Shown: positions 1-15,053, numbered from the stretch's first letter. The stretch is 64,000 nucleotides of DNA from Escherichia coli (GCF_002854065.1 NZ_CP024147.1); one strand, 5' to 3'. Notes: generated from the letters alone by a model not told the origin. A program made the numbers and translations.

Positions 1-434
<434 letters not shown>

Positions 435-468
435 TTGCCGATAACATTTGACGCAATGCGCACTAAAA

Positions 469-492
469 GGGCATCATTTGATGCCCTTTTTG
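469..492 (+). terminator. rho-independent terminator after tufB
   Basis: GC hairpin gggcatca / tgatgccc with 2-nt loop followed by TTTTTG. Confidence 0.75.
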
Positions 493-663
493 CACGCTTT
501 CGTACCAGAACCTGGCTCATCAGTGATTTTCTTTGTCATAATCATTGCTGAGACAGGCTCTGTTGAGGGCGTATAATCCGAAAAGCTAATACGCGTTTCG
601 ATTTGGTTTGCCTCGCGGTCGCGGGGTGAAAATGTTTGTAGAATACTTCTGACAGGTTGGTTT

Positions 664-1047
664 ATGAGTGCGAATACCGAAGCTCAAGGAAGCGGGCGCG
701 GCCTGGAAGCGATGAAGTGGGTCGTTGTGGTGGCATTGCTCCTGGTGGCGATTGTCGGCAACTACCTTTATCGCGACATTATGCTGCCGCTGCGTGCGCT
801 GGCCGTAGTAATTCTGATTGCTGCAGCGGGTGGTGTCGCGCTGTTAACGACAAAAGGTAAAGCTACCGTTGCTTTTGCCCGTGAAGCGCGTACCGAAGTC
901 CGTAAGGTCATTTGGCCGACTCGCCAGGAAACATTGCACACCACGCTGATTGTGGCTGCGGTTACCGCAGTAATGTCACTGATCCTGTGGGGACTGGATG
1001 GTATTCTGGTTCGCCTGGTATCCTTTATCACTGGCCTGAGGTTCTGA
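664..1047 (+). CDS. secE: preprotein translocase subunit SecE
   Basis: 127-aa ORF, hydrophobic membrane protein, sequence recognised as SecE; position immediately upstream of nusG. Confidence 0.95.
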
Positions 1048-1048
1048 G

Positions 1049-1594
1049 ATGTCTGAAGCTCCTAAAAAGCGCTGGTACGTCGTTCAGGCGTTTTCCGGTT
1101 TTGAAGGCCGCGTAGCAACGTCGCTGCGTGAGCATATCAAATTACACAACATGGAAGATTTGTTTGGTGAAGTCATGGTACCAACCGAAGAAGTGGTTGA
1201 AATCCGTGGCGGTCAGCGTCGCAAAAGCGAACGTAAATTCTTCCCTGGCTACGTCCTCGTTCAGATGGTGATGAACGACGCGAGCTGGCACCTGGTGCGC
1301 AGCGTACCGCGTGTGATGGGCTTCATCGGCGGTACTTCCGATCGTCCTGCGCCAATCAGCGATAAAGAAGTCGATGCGATTATGAACCGCCTGCAGCAGG
1401 TTGGTGATAAGCCGCGTCCGAAAACGCTGTTTGAACCGGGTGAAATGGTCCGTGTTAATGATGGTCCGTTCGCTGACTTCAACGGTGTTGTTGAAGAAGT
1501 GGATTACGAGAAATCTCGTCTGAAAGTGTCTGTTTCTATCTTCGGTCGTGCGACCCCGGTAGAGCTGGACTTCAGCCAGGTTGAAAAAGCCTAA
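1049..1594 (+). CDS. nusG: transcription termination/antitermination factor NusG
   Basis: 181-aa ORF beginning [22 protein letters not shown], recognised NusG; 1-bp spacing from secE. Confidence 0.97.
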
Positions 1595-1633
1595 CCCAGC
1601 GATCAAAAAAGCGGCGATTTAATCGTTGCACAA

Positions 1634-1672
1634 GGCGCGAGATTGGAATACAATCTCGCGCCTTTTGTTTTT
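1634..1672 (+). terminator. rho-independent terminator after nusG
   Basis: Inverted repeat ggcgcgagattg...caatctcgcgcc followed by TTTTGTTTTT. Confidence 0.75.
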
Positions 1673-1689
1673 ATGGGTCTTGCCCGTAA

Positions 1690-2889
<1,200 letters not shown>

Positions 2890-3180
2890 TGCCTTTACGT
2901 GGGCGGTGATTTTGTCTACAATCTTACCCCCACGTATGCTAACGAAAGTTAGCAGCTAAAAAGATTTGTTCGTTGGAGCCTGGCCTATCCAGGCCTCCGT
3001 CGAAGACCGCAGGAGTTTCGCAAGAAACTTAATCCCCTGCGTAGACGGTGACAGAACGGTAAGATTATTCTTTTATATTCTGGCTTGTTTCTGCTCACCG
3101 TAATTAAGACGCTCTCTCCGTTTGGAGGAGTGAAGTGAGTTCCAGAGATTTTCTCTGGCAAACATCCAGGAGCAAAGCTA
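2890..3180 (+). promoter_or_regulatory. rplJ-rplL leader region (L10 operon promoter and structured leader used for translational autoregulation)
   Basis: 290-bp non-coding interval between rplA and rplJ; the long structured leader upstream of rplJ is established for this operon; exact element boundaries not resolved by eye. Confidence 0.5.
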
Positions 3181-3678
3181 ATGGCTTTAAATCTTCAAGA
3201 CAAACAAGCGATTGTTGCTGAAGTCAGCGAAGTAGCCAAAGGCGCGCTGTCTGCAGTAGTTGCGGATTCCCGTGGCGTAACTGTAGATAAAATGACTGAA
3301 CTGCGTAAAGCAGGTCGCGAAGCTGGCGTATACATGCGTGTTGTTCGTAACACCCTGCTGCGCCGTGCTGTTGAAGGTACTCCGTTCGAGTGCCTGAAAG
3401 ACGCGTTTGTTGGTCCGACCCTGATTGCATACTCTATGGAACACCCGGGCGCTGCTGCTCGTCTGTTCAAAGAGTTCGCGAAAGCGAATGCAAAATTTGA
3501 GGTCAAAGCCGCTGCCTTTGAAGGTGAGCTGATCCCGGCGTCTCAGATCGACCGCCTGGCAACTCTGCCGACCTACGAAGAAGCAATTGCACGCCTGATG
3601 GCAACCATGAAAGAAGCTTCGGCTGGCAAACTGGTTCGTACTCTGGCTGCTGTACGCGATGCGAAAGAAGCTGCTTAA
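3181..3678 (+). CDS. rplJ: 50S ribosomal protein L10
   Basis: 165-aa ORF, recognised L10; RBS aggagcaaagctaATG. Confidence 0.97.
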
Positions 3679-3744
3679 TCGCAGTTATCTTTTTAACGCA
3701 TTCGCTTACGTATAAACTTATTCTGATATTCAGGAACAATTTAA

Positions 3745-4110
<366 letters not shown>

Positions 4111-4125
4111 GCCAACCCTTCCGGT

Positions 4126-4185
4126 TGCAGCCTGAGAAATCAGGCTGATGGCTGGTGACTTTTTAGTCACCAGCCTTTTTGCGCT
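4126..4185 (+). terminator. rplL-rpoB intergenic attenuator (partial terminator)
   Basis: Two consecutive hairpins, agcctgagaaatcaggct and ggctggtgactttttagtcaccagcc, the second followed by TTTTTGCG; position matches the known rpoBC attenuator. Confidence 0.7.
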
Positions 4186-4429
4186 GTAAGGCGCCAGTAG
4201 CGTTTCACACTGTTTGACTACTGCTGTGCCTTTCAATGCTTGTTTCTATCGACGACTTAATATACTGCGACAGGACGTCCGTTCTGTGTAAATCGCAATG
4301 AAATGGTTTAAGCGTGATAGCAACAGGCATTGCGGAAAGTGTTCCATTTTCCGGTCAACAAAATAGTGTTGCACAAACTGTCCGCTCAATGGACAGATGG
4401 GTCGACTTGTCAGCGAGCTGAGGAACCCT

Positions 4430-7400
4430 ATGGTTTACTCCTATACCGAGAAAAAACGTATTCGTAAGGATTTTGGTAAACGTCCACAAGTTCTGGATGT
4501 ACCTTATCTCCTTTCTATCCAGCTTGACTCGTTTCAGAAATTTATCGAGCAAGATCCTGAAGGGCAGTATGGTCTGGAAGCTGCTTTCCGTTCCGTATTC
4601 CCGATTCAGAGCTACAGCGGTAATTCCGAGCTGCAATACGTCAGCTACCGCCTTGGCGAACCGGTGTTTGACGTCCAGGAATGTCAAATCCGTGGCGTGA
4701 CCTATTCCGCACCGCTGCGCGTTAAACTGCGTCTGGTGATCTATGAGCGCGAAGCGCCGGAAGGCACCGTAAAAGACATTAAAGAACAAGAAGTCTACAT
4801 GGGCGAAATTCCGCTCATGACAGACAACGGTACCTTTGTTATCAACGGTACTGAGCGTGTTATCGTTTCCCAGCTGCACCGTAGTCCGGGCGTCTTCTTT
4901 GACTCCGACAAAGGTAAAACCCACTCTTCGGGTAAAGTGCTGTATAACGCGCGCATCATCCCTTACCGTGGTTCCTGGCTGGACTTCGAATTCGATCCGA
5001 AGGACAACCTGTTCGTACGTATCGACCGTCGCCGTAAACTGCCTGCGACCATCATTCTGCGTGCCCTGAACTACACCACAGAGCAGATCCTCGACCTGTT
5101 CTTTGAAAAAGTTATCTTTGAAATCCGTGATAACAAGCTGCAGATGGAACTGGTGCCGGAACGCCTGCGTGGTGAAACCGCATCTTTCGACATCGAAGCT
5201 AACGGTAAAGTGTACGTAGAAAAAGGCCGCCGTATCACTGCGCGCCACATTCGCCAGCTGGAAAAAGACGACGTCAAACTGATCGAAGTCCCGGTTGAGT
5301 ACATCGCAGGTAAAGTGGTTGCTAAAGACTATATTGATGAGTCTACCGGCGAGCTGATCTGCGCAGCGAACATGGAGCTGAGCCTGGATCTGCTGGCTAA
5401 GCTGAGCCAGTCTGGTCACAAGCGTATCGAAACGCTGTTCACCAACGACCTGGATCACGGCCCGTATATCTCTGAAACCTTACGTGTCGACCCAACTAAC
5501 GACCGTCTGAGCGCACTGGTAGAAATCTACCGCATGATGCGCCCTGGCGAGCCGCCGACTCGTGAAGCAGCGGAAAGCCTGTTCGAGAACCTGTTCTTCT
5601 CCGAAGACCGTTATGACCTGTCTGCGGTTGGTCGTATGAAGTTCAACCGTTCTCTGCTGCGCGAAGAAATCGAAGGTTCCGGTATCCTGAGCAAAGACGA
5701 CATCATTGATGTTATGAAAAAGCTCATCGATATCCGTAACGGTAAAGGCGAAGTCGATGATATCGACCACCTCGGCAACCGTCGTATCCGTTCCGTTGGC
5801 GAAATGGCGGAAAACCAGTTCCGCGTTGGCCTGGTACGTGTAGAGCGTGCGGTGAAAGAGCGTCTGTCTCTGGGCGATCTGGATACCCTGATGCCTCAGG
5901 ATATGATCAACGCCAAGCCGATTTCCGCAGCAGTGAAAGAGTTCTTCGGCTCCAGCCAGCTGTCTCAGTTTATGGACCAGAACAACCCGCTGTCTGAGAT
6001 TACGCACAAACGTCGTATCTCCGCACTCGGCCCAGGCGGTCTGACCCGTGAACGTGCAGGCTTCGAAGTTCGAGACGTACACCCGACTCACTACGGTCGC
6101 GTATGTCCAATCGAAACCCCTGAAGGTCCGAACATCGGTCTGATCAACTCTCTGTCTGTATACGCGCAGACTAACGAATACGGCTTCCTTGAGACTCCGT
6201 ATCGTAAAGTGACCGACGGTGTTGTAACTGACGAAATTCACTACCTGTCTGCTATCGAAGAAGGCAACTACGTTATCGCCCAGGCGAACTCCAACCTGGA
6301 TGAAGAAGGCCACTTCGTAGAAGACCTGGTAACTTGCCGTAGCAAAGGCGAATCCAGCTTGTTCAGCCGTGACCAGGTTGACTACATGGACGTATCCACC
6401 CAGCAGGTGGTATCCGTCGGTGCGTCCCTGATCCCGTTCCTGGAACACGATGACGCCAACCGTGCATTGATGGGTGCGAACATGCAACGTCAGGCCGTTC
6501 CGACTCTGCGCGCTGATAAGCCGCTGGTTGGTACTGGTATGGAACGTGCTGTTGCCGTTGACTCCGGTGTAACTGCGGTAGCTAAACGTGGTGGTGTCGT
6601 TCAGTACGTGGATGCTTCCCGTATCGTTATCAAAGTTAACGAAGACGAGATGTATCCGGGTGAAGCAGGTATCGACATCTACAACCTGACCAAATACACC
6701 CGTTCTAACCAGAACACCTGTATCAACCAGATGCCGTGTGTGTCTCTGGGTGAACCGGTTGAACGTGGCGACGTGCTGGCAGACGGTCCGTCCACCGACC
6801 TCGGTGAACTGGCGCTTGGTCAGAACATGCGCGTAGCGTTCATGCCGTGGAATGGTTACAACTTCGAAGACTCCATCCTCGTATCCGAGCGTGTTGTTCA
6901 GGAAGACCGTTTCACCACCATCCACATTCAGGAACTGGCGTGTGTGTCCCGTGACACCAAGCTGGGGCCAGAAGAGATCACCGCTGACATCCCGAACGTG
7001 GGTGAAGCTGCGCTCTCCAAACTGGATGAATCCGGTATTGTTTACATTGGTGCGGAAGTAACCGGTGGCGACATTCTGGTTGGTAAGGTAACGCCGAAAG
7101 GTGAAACCCAGCTGACCCCAGAAGAGAAACTGCTGCGTGCGATCTTCGGTGAGAAAGCGTCTGACGTTAAAGACTCTTCTCTGCGCGTACCAAACGGTGT
7201 ATCCGGTACGGTTATCGACGTTCAGGTCTTTACTCGCGATGGCGTAGAAAAAGACAAACGTGCGCTGGAAATCGAAGAAATGCAGCTCAAACAGGCGAAG
7301 AAAGACCTGTCTGAAGAACTGCAGATCCTCGAAGCGGGTCTGTTCAGCCGTATCCGTGCTGTGCTGGTAGCCGGTGGCGTTGAAGCTGAGAAGCTCGACA

Positions 7401-8458
7401 AACTGCCGCGCGATCGCTGGCTGGAGCTGGGCCTGACCGACGAAGAGAAACAAAATCAGCTGGAACAGCTGGCTGAGCAGTATGACGAACTGAAACACGA
7501 GTTCGAGAAGAAACTCGAAGCGAAACGCCGCAAAATCACCCAGGGCGACGATCTGGCACCGGGCGTGCTGAAGATTGTTAAGGTATATCTGGCGGTTAAA
7601 CGCCGTATCCAGCCTGGTGACAAGATGGCAGGTCGTCACGGTAACAAGGGTGTAATTTCTAAGATCAACCCGATCGAAGATATGCCTTACGATGAAAACG
7701 GTACGCCGGTAGACATCGTACTGAACCCGCTGGGCGTACCGTCTCGTATGAACATCGGTCAGATCCTCGAAACCCACCTGGGTATGGCTGCGAAAGGTAT
7801 CGGCGACAAGATCAACGCCATGCTGAAACAGCAGCAAGAAGTCGCGAAACTGCGCGAATTCATCCAGCGTGCGTACGATCTGGGCGCTGACGTTCGTCAG
7901 AAAGTTGACCTGAGTACCTTCAGCGATGAAGAAGTTATGCGTCTGGCTGAAAACCTGCGCAAAGGTATGCCAATCGCAACGCCGGTGTTCGACGGTGCGA
8001 AAGAAGCAGAAATTAAAGAGCTGCTGAAACTTGGCGACCTGCCGACTTCTGGTCAGATCCGCCTGTACGACGGCCGCACTGGTGAACAGTTCGAACGTCC
8101 GGTAACCGTTGGTTACATGTACATGCTGAAACTGAACCACCTGGTCGACGACAAGATGCACGCGCGTTCCACCGGTTCTTACAGCCTGGTTACTCAGCAG
8201 CCGCTGGGTGGTAAGGCACAGTTCGGTGGTCAGCGTTTCGGGGAGATGGAAGTGTGGGCGCTGGAAGCATACGGCGCAGCATACACCCTGCAGGAAATGC
8301 TCACCGTTAAGTCTGATGACGTGAATGGTCGTACTAAGATGTATAAAAACATCGTGGACGGCAACCATCAGATGGAGCCGGGCATGCCAGAATCCTTCAA
8401 CGTATTGTTGAAAGAGATTCGTTCGCTGGGTATCAACATCGAACTGGAAGACGAGTAA
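4430..8458 (+). CDS. rpoB: DNA-directed RNA polymerase subunit beta
   Basis: ORF track 4397..8458; the RpoB N-terminus [20 protein letters not shown] begins at 4430 giving 1342 aa. Confidence 0.98.
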
Positions 8459-8534
8459 TTCTCGCTCAAACAGGTCACTGCTGTCGGGGTAAAACCCGGC
8501 AGCGGATTGTGCTAACTCCGACGGGAGCAAATCC

Positions 8535-11500
8535 GTGAAAGATTTATTAAAGTTTCTGAAAGCGCAGACTAAAACCGAAGAGTTTGATGCGATCAAAATT
8601 GCTCTGGCTTCGCCAGACATGATCCGTTCATGGTCTTTCGGTGAAGTTAAAAAGCCGGAAACCATCAACTACCGTACGTTCAAACCAGAACGTGACGGCC
8701 TTTTCTGCGCCCGTATCTTTGGGCCGGTAAAAGATTACGAGTGCCTGTGCGGTAAGTACAAGCGCCTGAAACACCGTGGCGTCATCTGTGAGAAGTGCGG
8801 CGTTGAAGTGACCCAGACCAAAGTACGCCGTGAGCGTATGGGTCACATCGAACTGGCTTCCCCGACTGCGCACATCTGGTTCCTGAAATCGCTGCCGTCC
8901 CGTATCGGCCTGCTGCTCGATATGCCGCTGCGTGATATTGAACGCGTACTGTACTTCGAATCTTATGTCGTTATCGAAGGCGGTATGACCAACCTGGAGC
9001 GTCAACAGATCCTGACTGAAGAGCAGTATCTGGACGCGCTGGAAGAGTTCGGTGACGAATTCGACGCGAAAATGGGTGCGGAAGCAATCCAGGCTCTGCT
9101 GAAGAGCATGGATCTGGAGCAAGAGTGCGAACAGCTGCGTGAAGAGCTGAACGAAACCAACTCCGAAACCAAGCGTAAAAAGCTGACCAAGCGTATCAAA
9201 CTGCTGGAAGCGTTCGTTCAGTCTGGTAACAAACCAGAGTGGATGATCCTGACCGTTCTGCCGGTACTGCCGCCAGATCTGCGTCCGTTGGTTCCGCTGG
9301 ATGGTGGTCGTTTCGCGACTTCTGACCTGAACGATCTGTATCGTCGCGTCATTAACCGTAACAACCGTCTGAAACGTCTGCTGGATCTGGCTGCGCCGGA
9401 CATCATCGTACGTAACGAAAAACGTATGCTGCAGGAAGCGGTAGACGCCCTGCTGGATAACGGTCGTCGCGGTCGTGCGATCACCGGTTCTAACAAGCGT
9501 CCTCTGAAATCTTTGGCCGACATGATCAAAGGTAAACAGGGTCGTTTCCGTCAGAACCTGCTCGGTAAGCGTGTTGACTACTCCGGTCGTTCTGTAATCA
9601 CTGTAGGTCCATACCTGCGTCTGCATCAGTGCGGTCTGCCGAAGAAAATGGCGCTGGAGCTGTTCAAACCGTTCATCTACGGCAAGCTTGAACTGCGTGG
9701 TCTTGCTACCACCATTAAAGCTGCGAAGAAAATGGTTGAGCGCGAAGAAGCTGTCGTTTGGGATATCCTGGACGAAGTTATCCGCGAACACCCGGTACTG
9801 CTGAACCGTGCACCGACTCTGCACCGTCTGGGTATCCAGGCATTTGAACCGGTACTGATCGAAGGTAAAGCTATCCAGCTGCACCCGCTGGTTTGTGCGG
9901 CATATAACGCCGACTTCGATGGTGACCAGATGGCTGTTCACGTACCGCTGACGCTGGAAGCCCAGCTGGAAGCGCGTGCGCTGATGATGTCTACCAACAA
10001 CATCCTGTCCCCGGCGAACGGCGAACCAATCATCGTTCCGTCTCAGGACGTTGTACTGGGTCTGTACTACATGACCCGTGACTGTGTTAACGCCAAAGGC
10101 GAAGGCATGGTGCTGACTGGCCCGAAAGAAGCAGAACGTCTGTATCGCTCTGGTCTGGCTTCTCTGCATGCGCGCGTTAAAGTGCGTATCACCGAGTATG
10201 AAAAAGATGCTAACGGTGAATTAGTAGCGAAAACCAGCCTGAAAGACACGACTGTTGGCCGTGCCATTCTGTGGATGATTGTACCGAAAGGTCTGCCTTA
10301 CTCCATCGTCAACCAGGCGCTGGGTAAAAAAGCAATCTCCAAAATGCTGAACACCTGCTATCGCATTCTCGGTCTGAAACCGACCGTTATTTTTGCGGAC
10401 CAGATCATGTACACCGGCTTTGCATATGCAGCGCGTTCTGGTGCATCTGTTGGTATCGATGACATGGTCATCCCGGAGAAGAAACACGAAATCATCTCCG
10501 AGGCAGAAGCAGAAGTTGCTGAAATTCAGGAGCAGTTCCAGTCTGGTCTGGTAACTGCGGGCGAACGCTACAACAAAGTTATCGATATCTGGGCTGCGGC
10601 GAACGATCGTGTATCCAAAGCGATGATGGATAACCTGCAAACTGAAACCGTTATTAACCGTGACGGTCAGGAAGAGAAGCAGGTTTCCTTCAACAGCATC
10701 TACATGATGGCCGACTCCGGTGCGCGTGGTTCTGCGGCACAGATTCGTCAGCTTGCTGGTATGCGTGGTCTGATGGCGAAGCCGGATGGCTCCATCATCG
10801 AAACGCCAATCACCGCGAACTTCCGTGAAGGTCTGAACGTACTCCAGTACTTCATCTCCACCCACGGTGCTCGTAAAGGTCTGGCGGATACCGCACTGAA
10901 AACTGCGAACTCCGGTTACCTGACTCGTCGTCTGGTTGACGTGGCGCAGGACCTGGTGGTTACCGAAGACGATTGTGGTACCCATGAAGGTATCATGATG
11001 ACTCCGGTTATCGAGGGTGGTGACGTTAAAGAGCCGCTGCGCGATCGCGTACTGGGTCGTGTAACTGCTGAAGACGTTCTGAAGCCGGGTACTGCTGATA
11101 TCCTCGTTCCGCGCAACACGCTGCTGCACGAACAGTGGTGTGACCTGCTGGAAGAGAACTCTGTCGACGCGGTTAAAGTACGTTCTGTTGTATCTTGTGA
11201 CACCGACTTTGGTGTATGTGCGCACTGCTACGGTCGTGACCTGGCGCGTGGCCACATCATCAACAAGGGTGAAGCAATCGGTGTTATCGCGGCACAGTCC
11301 ATCGGTGAACCGGGTACACAGCTGACCATGCGTACGTTCCACATCGGTGGTGCGGCATCTCGTGCGGCTGCTGAATCCAGCATCCAGGTGAAAAACAAAG
11401 GTAGCATCAAGCTCAGCAACGTGAAGTCGGTTGTGAACTCCAGCGGTAAACTGGTTATCACTTCCCGTAACACCGAACTGAAACTGATCGACGAATTCGG

Positions 11501-12758
11501 TCGTACTAAAGAAAGCTACAAAGTACCTTACGGTGCGGTACTGGCGAAAGGCGATGGCGAACAGGTTGCTGGCGGCGAAACCGTTGCAAACTGGGACCCG
11601 CACACCATGCCGGTTATCACCGAAGTAAGCGGTTTTGTACGCTTTACTGACATGATCGACGGCCAGACCATTACGCGTCAGACCGACGAACTGACCGGTC
11701 TGTCTTCGCTGGTGGTTCTGGATTCCGCAGAACGTACCGCAGGTGGTAAAGATCTGCGTCCGGCACTGAAAATCGTTGATGCTCAGGGTAACGACGTTCT
11801 GATCCCGGGTACCGATATGCCTGCGCAGTACTTCCTGCCGGGTAAAGCGATTGTTCAGCTGGAAGATGGCGTACAGATCAGCTCTGGTGACACCCTGGCG
11901 CGTATTCCGCAGGAATCCGGCGGTACCAAGGACATCACCGGTGGTCTGCCGCGCGTTGCGGACCTGTTCGAAGCACGTCGTCCGAAAGAGCCGGCAATCC
12001 TGGCTGAAATCAGCGGTATCGTTTCCTTCGGTAAAGAAACCAAAGGTAAACGTCGTCTGGTTATCACCCCGGTAGACGGTAGCGATCCGTACGAAGAGAT
12101 GATTCCGAAATGGCGTCAGCTCAACGTGTTCGAAGGTGAACGTGTAGAACGTGGTGACGTAATTTCCGACGGTCCGGAAGCGCCGCACGACATTCTGCGT
12201 CTGCGTGGTGTTCATGCTGTGACTCGTTACATCGTTAACGAAGTACAGGACGTATACCGTCTGCAGGGCGTTAAGATTAACGATAAACACATCGAAGTTA
12301 TCGTTCGTCAGATGCTGCGTAAAGCTACCATCGTTAACGCGGGCAGCTCCGACTTCCTGGAAGGCGAACAGGTTGAATACTCTCGCGTCAAGATCGCAAA
12401 CCGCGAACTGGAAGCGAACGGCAAAGTGGGTGCAACTTACTCCCGCGATCTGCTGGGTATCACCAAAGCGTCTCTGGCAACCGAGTCCTTCATCTCCGCG
12501 GCATCGTTCCAGGAGACCACTCGCGTGCTGACCGAAGCAGCCGTTGCGGGCAAACGCGACGAACTGCGCGGCCTGAAAGAGAACGTTATCGTGGGTCGTC
12601 TGATCCCGGCAGGTACCGGTTACGCGTACCACCAGGATCGTATGCGTCGCCGTGCTGCGGGTGAAGCTCCGGCTGCACCGCAGGTGACTGCAGAAGACGC
12701 ATCTGCCAGCCTGGCAGAACTGCTGAACGCAGGTCTGGGCGGTTCTGATAACGAGTAA
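8535..12758 (+). CDS. rpoC: DNA-directed RNA polymerase subunit beta-prime
   Basis: 1407-aa ORF starting with GTG at 8535 ([28 protein letters not shown]), zinc-binding CxxC motifs, recognised RpoC. Confidence 0.98.
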
Positions 12759-12779
12759 TCGTTAATCCGCAAATAACGT

Positions 12780-12806
12780 AAAAACCCGCTTCGGCGGGTT
12801 TTTTTA
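12780..12806 (+). terminator. rho-independent terminator after rpoC
   Basis: aaaaacccgcttcggcgggttttttt: GC stem with TTCG loop and T-run. Confidence 0.85.
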
Positions 12807-12970
12807 TGGGGGGAGTTTAGGGAAAGAGCATTTGTCAGAATATTTAATGAATTTCTGGATACTCATAATCAATGTAGAGATGACTAATATCCTGAAACTG
12901 ACTGAACTAATTGAGTCAAGCTCGGCAAGAATTCGATACTATTCCTGTGTGACTTTCTTAAGGAACGAGA

Positions 12971-13510
12971 ATGAAACAGGAAGTGGAGAAGTGGCGACCT
13001 TTTGGACATCCGGATGGTGATATTCGTGATTTATCATTTCTTGATGCTCATCAGGCTGTCTACGTTCAGCATCATGAGGGCAAAGAGCCTTTAGAGTATC
13101 GCTTCTGGGTTACCTACTCTCTTCACTGCTTCACAAAAGATTATGAACATCAGACTAACGAAGAAAAACAATCGTTAATGTACCACGCGCCTAAAGAATC
13201 TCGTCCCTTCTGCCAGCACCGTTATAACTTAGCGCGCATACACTTAAAAAGAACCATTTTGGCGCTGCCAGAAAGCAACGTTATTCATGCTGGGTATGGT
13301 AGCTATGCCGTGATTGAAGTGGATTTAAACGGAGGAGACAAGGCATTTTACTTTGTTGCGTTCAGGGCTTTCAGGGAAAAGAAAAAACTTCGTTTGCATG
13401 TAACTAGCGCTTATCCCATTTCTGAAAAACAGAAAGGTAAATCAGTGAAATTTTTCACCATTGCCTACAACTTATTGAGAAATAAGCAGCTTCCTCAGCC
13501 CTCAAAATAA
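12971..13510 (+). CDS. yjaZ: stationary-phase/heat-shock associated protein YjaZ (HtrC)
   Basis: 179-aa ORF with RBS aaggaacgagaATG; position directly after rpoC matches yjaZ. Confidence 0.85.
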   Translation: MKQEVEKWRPFGHPDGDIRDLSFLDAHQAVYVQHHEGKEPLEYRFWVTYSLHCFTKDYEHQTNEEKQSLMYHAPKESRPFCQHRYNLARIHLKRTILALPESNVIHAGYGSYAVIEVDLNGGDKAFYFVAFRAFREKKKLRLHVTSAYPISEKQKGKSVKFFTIAYNLLRNKQLPQPSK

Positions 13511-13512
13511 CA

Positions 13513-13535
13513 AAACCCACCTTAAGGTGGGTTTC
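13513..13535. terminator. hairpin terminator overlapping yjaZ stop; stronger on minus strand
   Basis: Stem cccacc/ggtggg with ttaa loop; plus strand followed by only TTT, minus strand followed by TTTTGTTATTTT. Confidence 0.6.
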
Positions 13536-13837
13536 GCCAGAGAATTATCTCTGGTATTCAGAACGCCATTACCGGACTTTGCCTTGACCTTGCGATAATC
13601 GCAGGTTGCGGGATGTCTGAATTTCTTCAGTCTGCTGCATCCTGGAAGATGAGAACATGTGTTCTTATTTTCGTCTCTATCATAGTTGAGTATTTACTCT
13701 CTTACAATCAGATCTCTTTCATTGCTCAACAGGCGATGGCTTCAGACTTTGCATTACGGAATTTTTAAGAAAGGCAGGGCGAAACGAGGAAGAAGCTTTT
13801 CGCCCTGGACAACATTCCTGCTGACGGCACTACCATA

Positions 13838-13885
13838 AAAAAACGCAACGCTTTCAACAACCTTGCGTTTTTCATCTTCCGTAGC
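13838..13885 (-). terminator. candidate terminator downstream of thiH (thi operon end)
   Basis: Inverted repeat aacgcaa...ttgcgtt flanked by A7 on one side and T5 on the other; on the minus strand it reads hairpin then TTTTTTT, about 40 bp after the thiH stop. Confidence 0.55.
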
Positions 13886-13919
13886 GGCTCGTAATAAATT
13901 TACGTTCTTACATTCTGTC

Positions 13920-15053
13920 TCATGGCCTTTGCGAGGCGCGTCCCAGATAGCTGTCCCAGTCTTTCCATACCGGCTGCAAACCCTGAGCGGTTAACGCGGC
14001 AGCAACCGCTTCCGGTCTGCGATCGTCGTGCGGTGAGAACTGTTCCAACTCGGGGTGATTATCAGCATAGCCACCTGGCTGCGTTTTCGAGAAGGCGCTG
14101 ACGTTATTGATCGCCAGCGGAATAACGCGATCGCGAAACCACGGTGATTCCCGCGTGGAGAGTGACAGTTCAATCTCCGGTGCAAGCAGTCGGAAGGCGC
14201 AGATGGTTTGCACTAACTGGCGTTCATCCATAATCGACGCAGGCTCAATGCCGCCAGTACATGGACGCAGGCGTGGGAAGGAGACAGAGTAGCGGCTTTG
14301 CCAGTAATGCTGTTGCAGCCATAGCAAATGTTCTGCAACCATATAGCAGTCAACTCGCCAGTTGTCGGAAAGGCCAATTAGCGCGCCGAGGCCAATCTTA
14401 TCAATCCCCGCACGCCCCAGCCGATCCGGCGTTTCCAGCCGCCAGAAGAAGTCCTGTTTTTTCCCTTTCAGATGATGGCGGGCGTATGTCGCCTCGTGAT
14501 ACGTCTCCTGATAAACCATCACGCCATCGAGACCAAGCTGTTTTAGCTCGGCATATTCCGCCTCCGCCAGCGGTTGTACTTCCATCTGTAGTGAAGAGAA
14601 CTGTTCACGCAGGGCAGGGAGATGACGACGAAAGTAATCCATCCCCACTTTCGCCTGATGTTCACCGGTGACTAAAAGCAGATGTTCAAAGCCCATCTCC
14701 CGTATAGCGGCGCTTTCCCTGGCAATATCCGCTTCATCCAGCGTTTTGCGCTTGATGCGGTTGCTCATAGAGAATCCGCAGTACGTGCAGTCGTTAGCGC
14801 AAAGATTGGAAAGATAAAGCGGGACGTAGAAACTAACTGTGTTGCCAAATCGCTGACGGGTCAGACGCTGCGCCCGTTGGGCCAGTTGTTCCAGATAGCC
14901 ACTGGCGGCTGGCGATAACAGCGCCATCATATCGTCGCGGGTGAGTTGCGAGGCATTTAGCGCCCACTCTACGTCAGCAGCCGTTTTGCCGTTGATACGC
15001 AGGCGGATGTCGTCCCAGTCCAGTTGTCGCCAGCGATCGCTGAAGGTTTTCAT
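13920..15053 (-). CDS. thiH: 2-iminoacetate synthase ThiH (radical SAM)
   Basis: 377-aa ORF with CxxxCxxC radical-SAM motif ([10 protein letters not shown]); last gene of thiCEFSGH. Confidence 0.93.
   Translation of the reverse strand: MKTFSDRWRQLDWDDIRLRINGKTAADVEWALNASQLTRDDMMALLSPAASGYLEQLAQRAQRLTRQRFGNTVSFYVPLYLSNLCANDCTYCGFSMSNRIKRKTLDEADIARESAAIREMGFEHLLLVTGEHQAKVGMDYFRRHLPALREQFSSLQMEVQPLAEAEYAELKQLGLDGVMVYQETYHEATYARHHLKGKKQDFFWRLETPDRLGRAGIDKIGLGALIGLSDNWRVDCYMVAEHLLWLQQHYWQSRYSVSFPRLRPCTGGIEPASIMDERQLVQTICAFRLLAPEIELSLSTRESPWFRDRVIPLAINNVSAFSKTQPGGYADNHPELEQFSPHDDRRPEAVAAALTAQGLQPVWKDWDSYLGRASQRP

Noticed and set aside
5480-8668. 1062-aa ORF antisense to rpoB; similar long antisense ORFs at 8628..10169 and 10221..12632 (rpoC), 4355..5458 (rpoB), 29105..30562 (purH) and 1699..2700 (rplK/rplA)
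   Set aside because: They lie entirely within well-established highly expressed genes on the opposite strand and have no RBS or recognisable domains. Long stop-free antisense frames are an expected by-product of strong codon bias and GC-rich third positions.
12832-13020. 62-aa ORF in the rpoC-yjaZ intergenic region
   Set aside because: AT-rich promoter-like sequence, no RBS, overlaps the yjaZ start; more likely the yjaZ promoter region than a gene.
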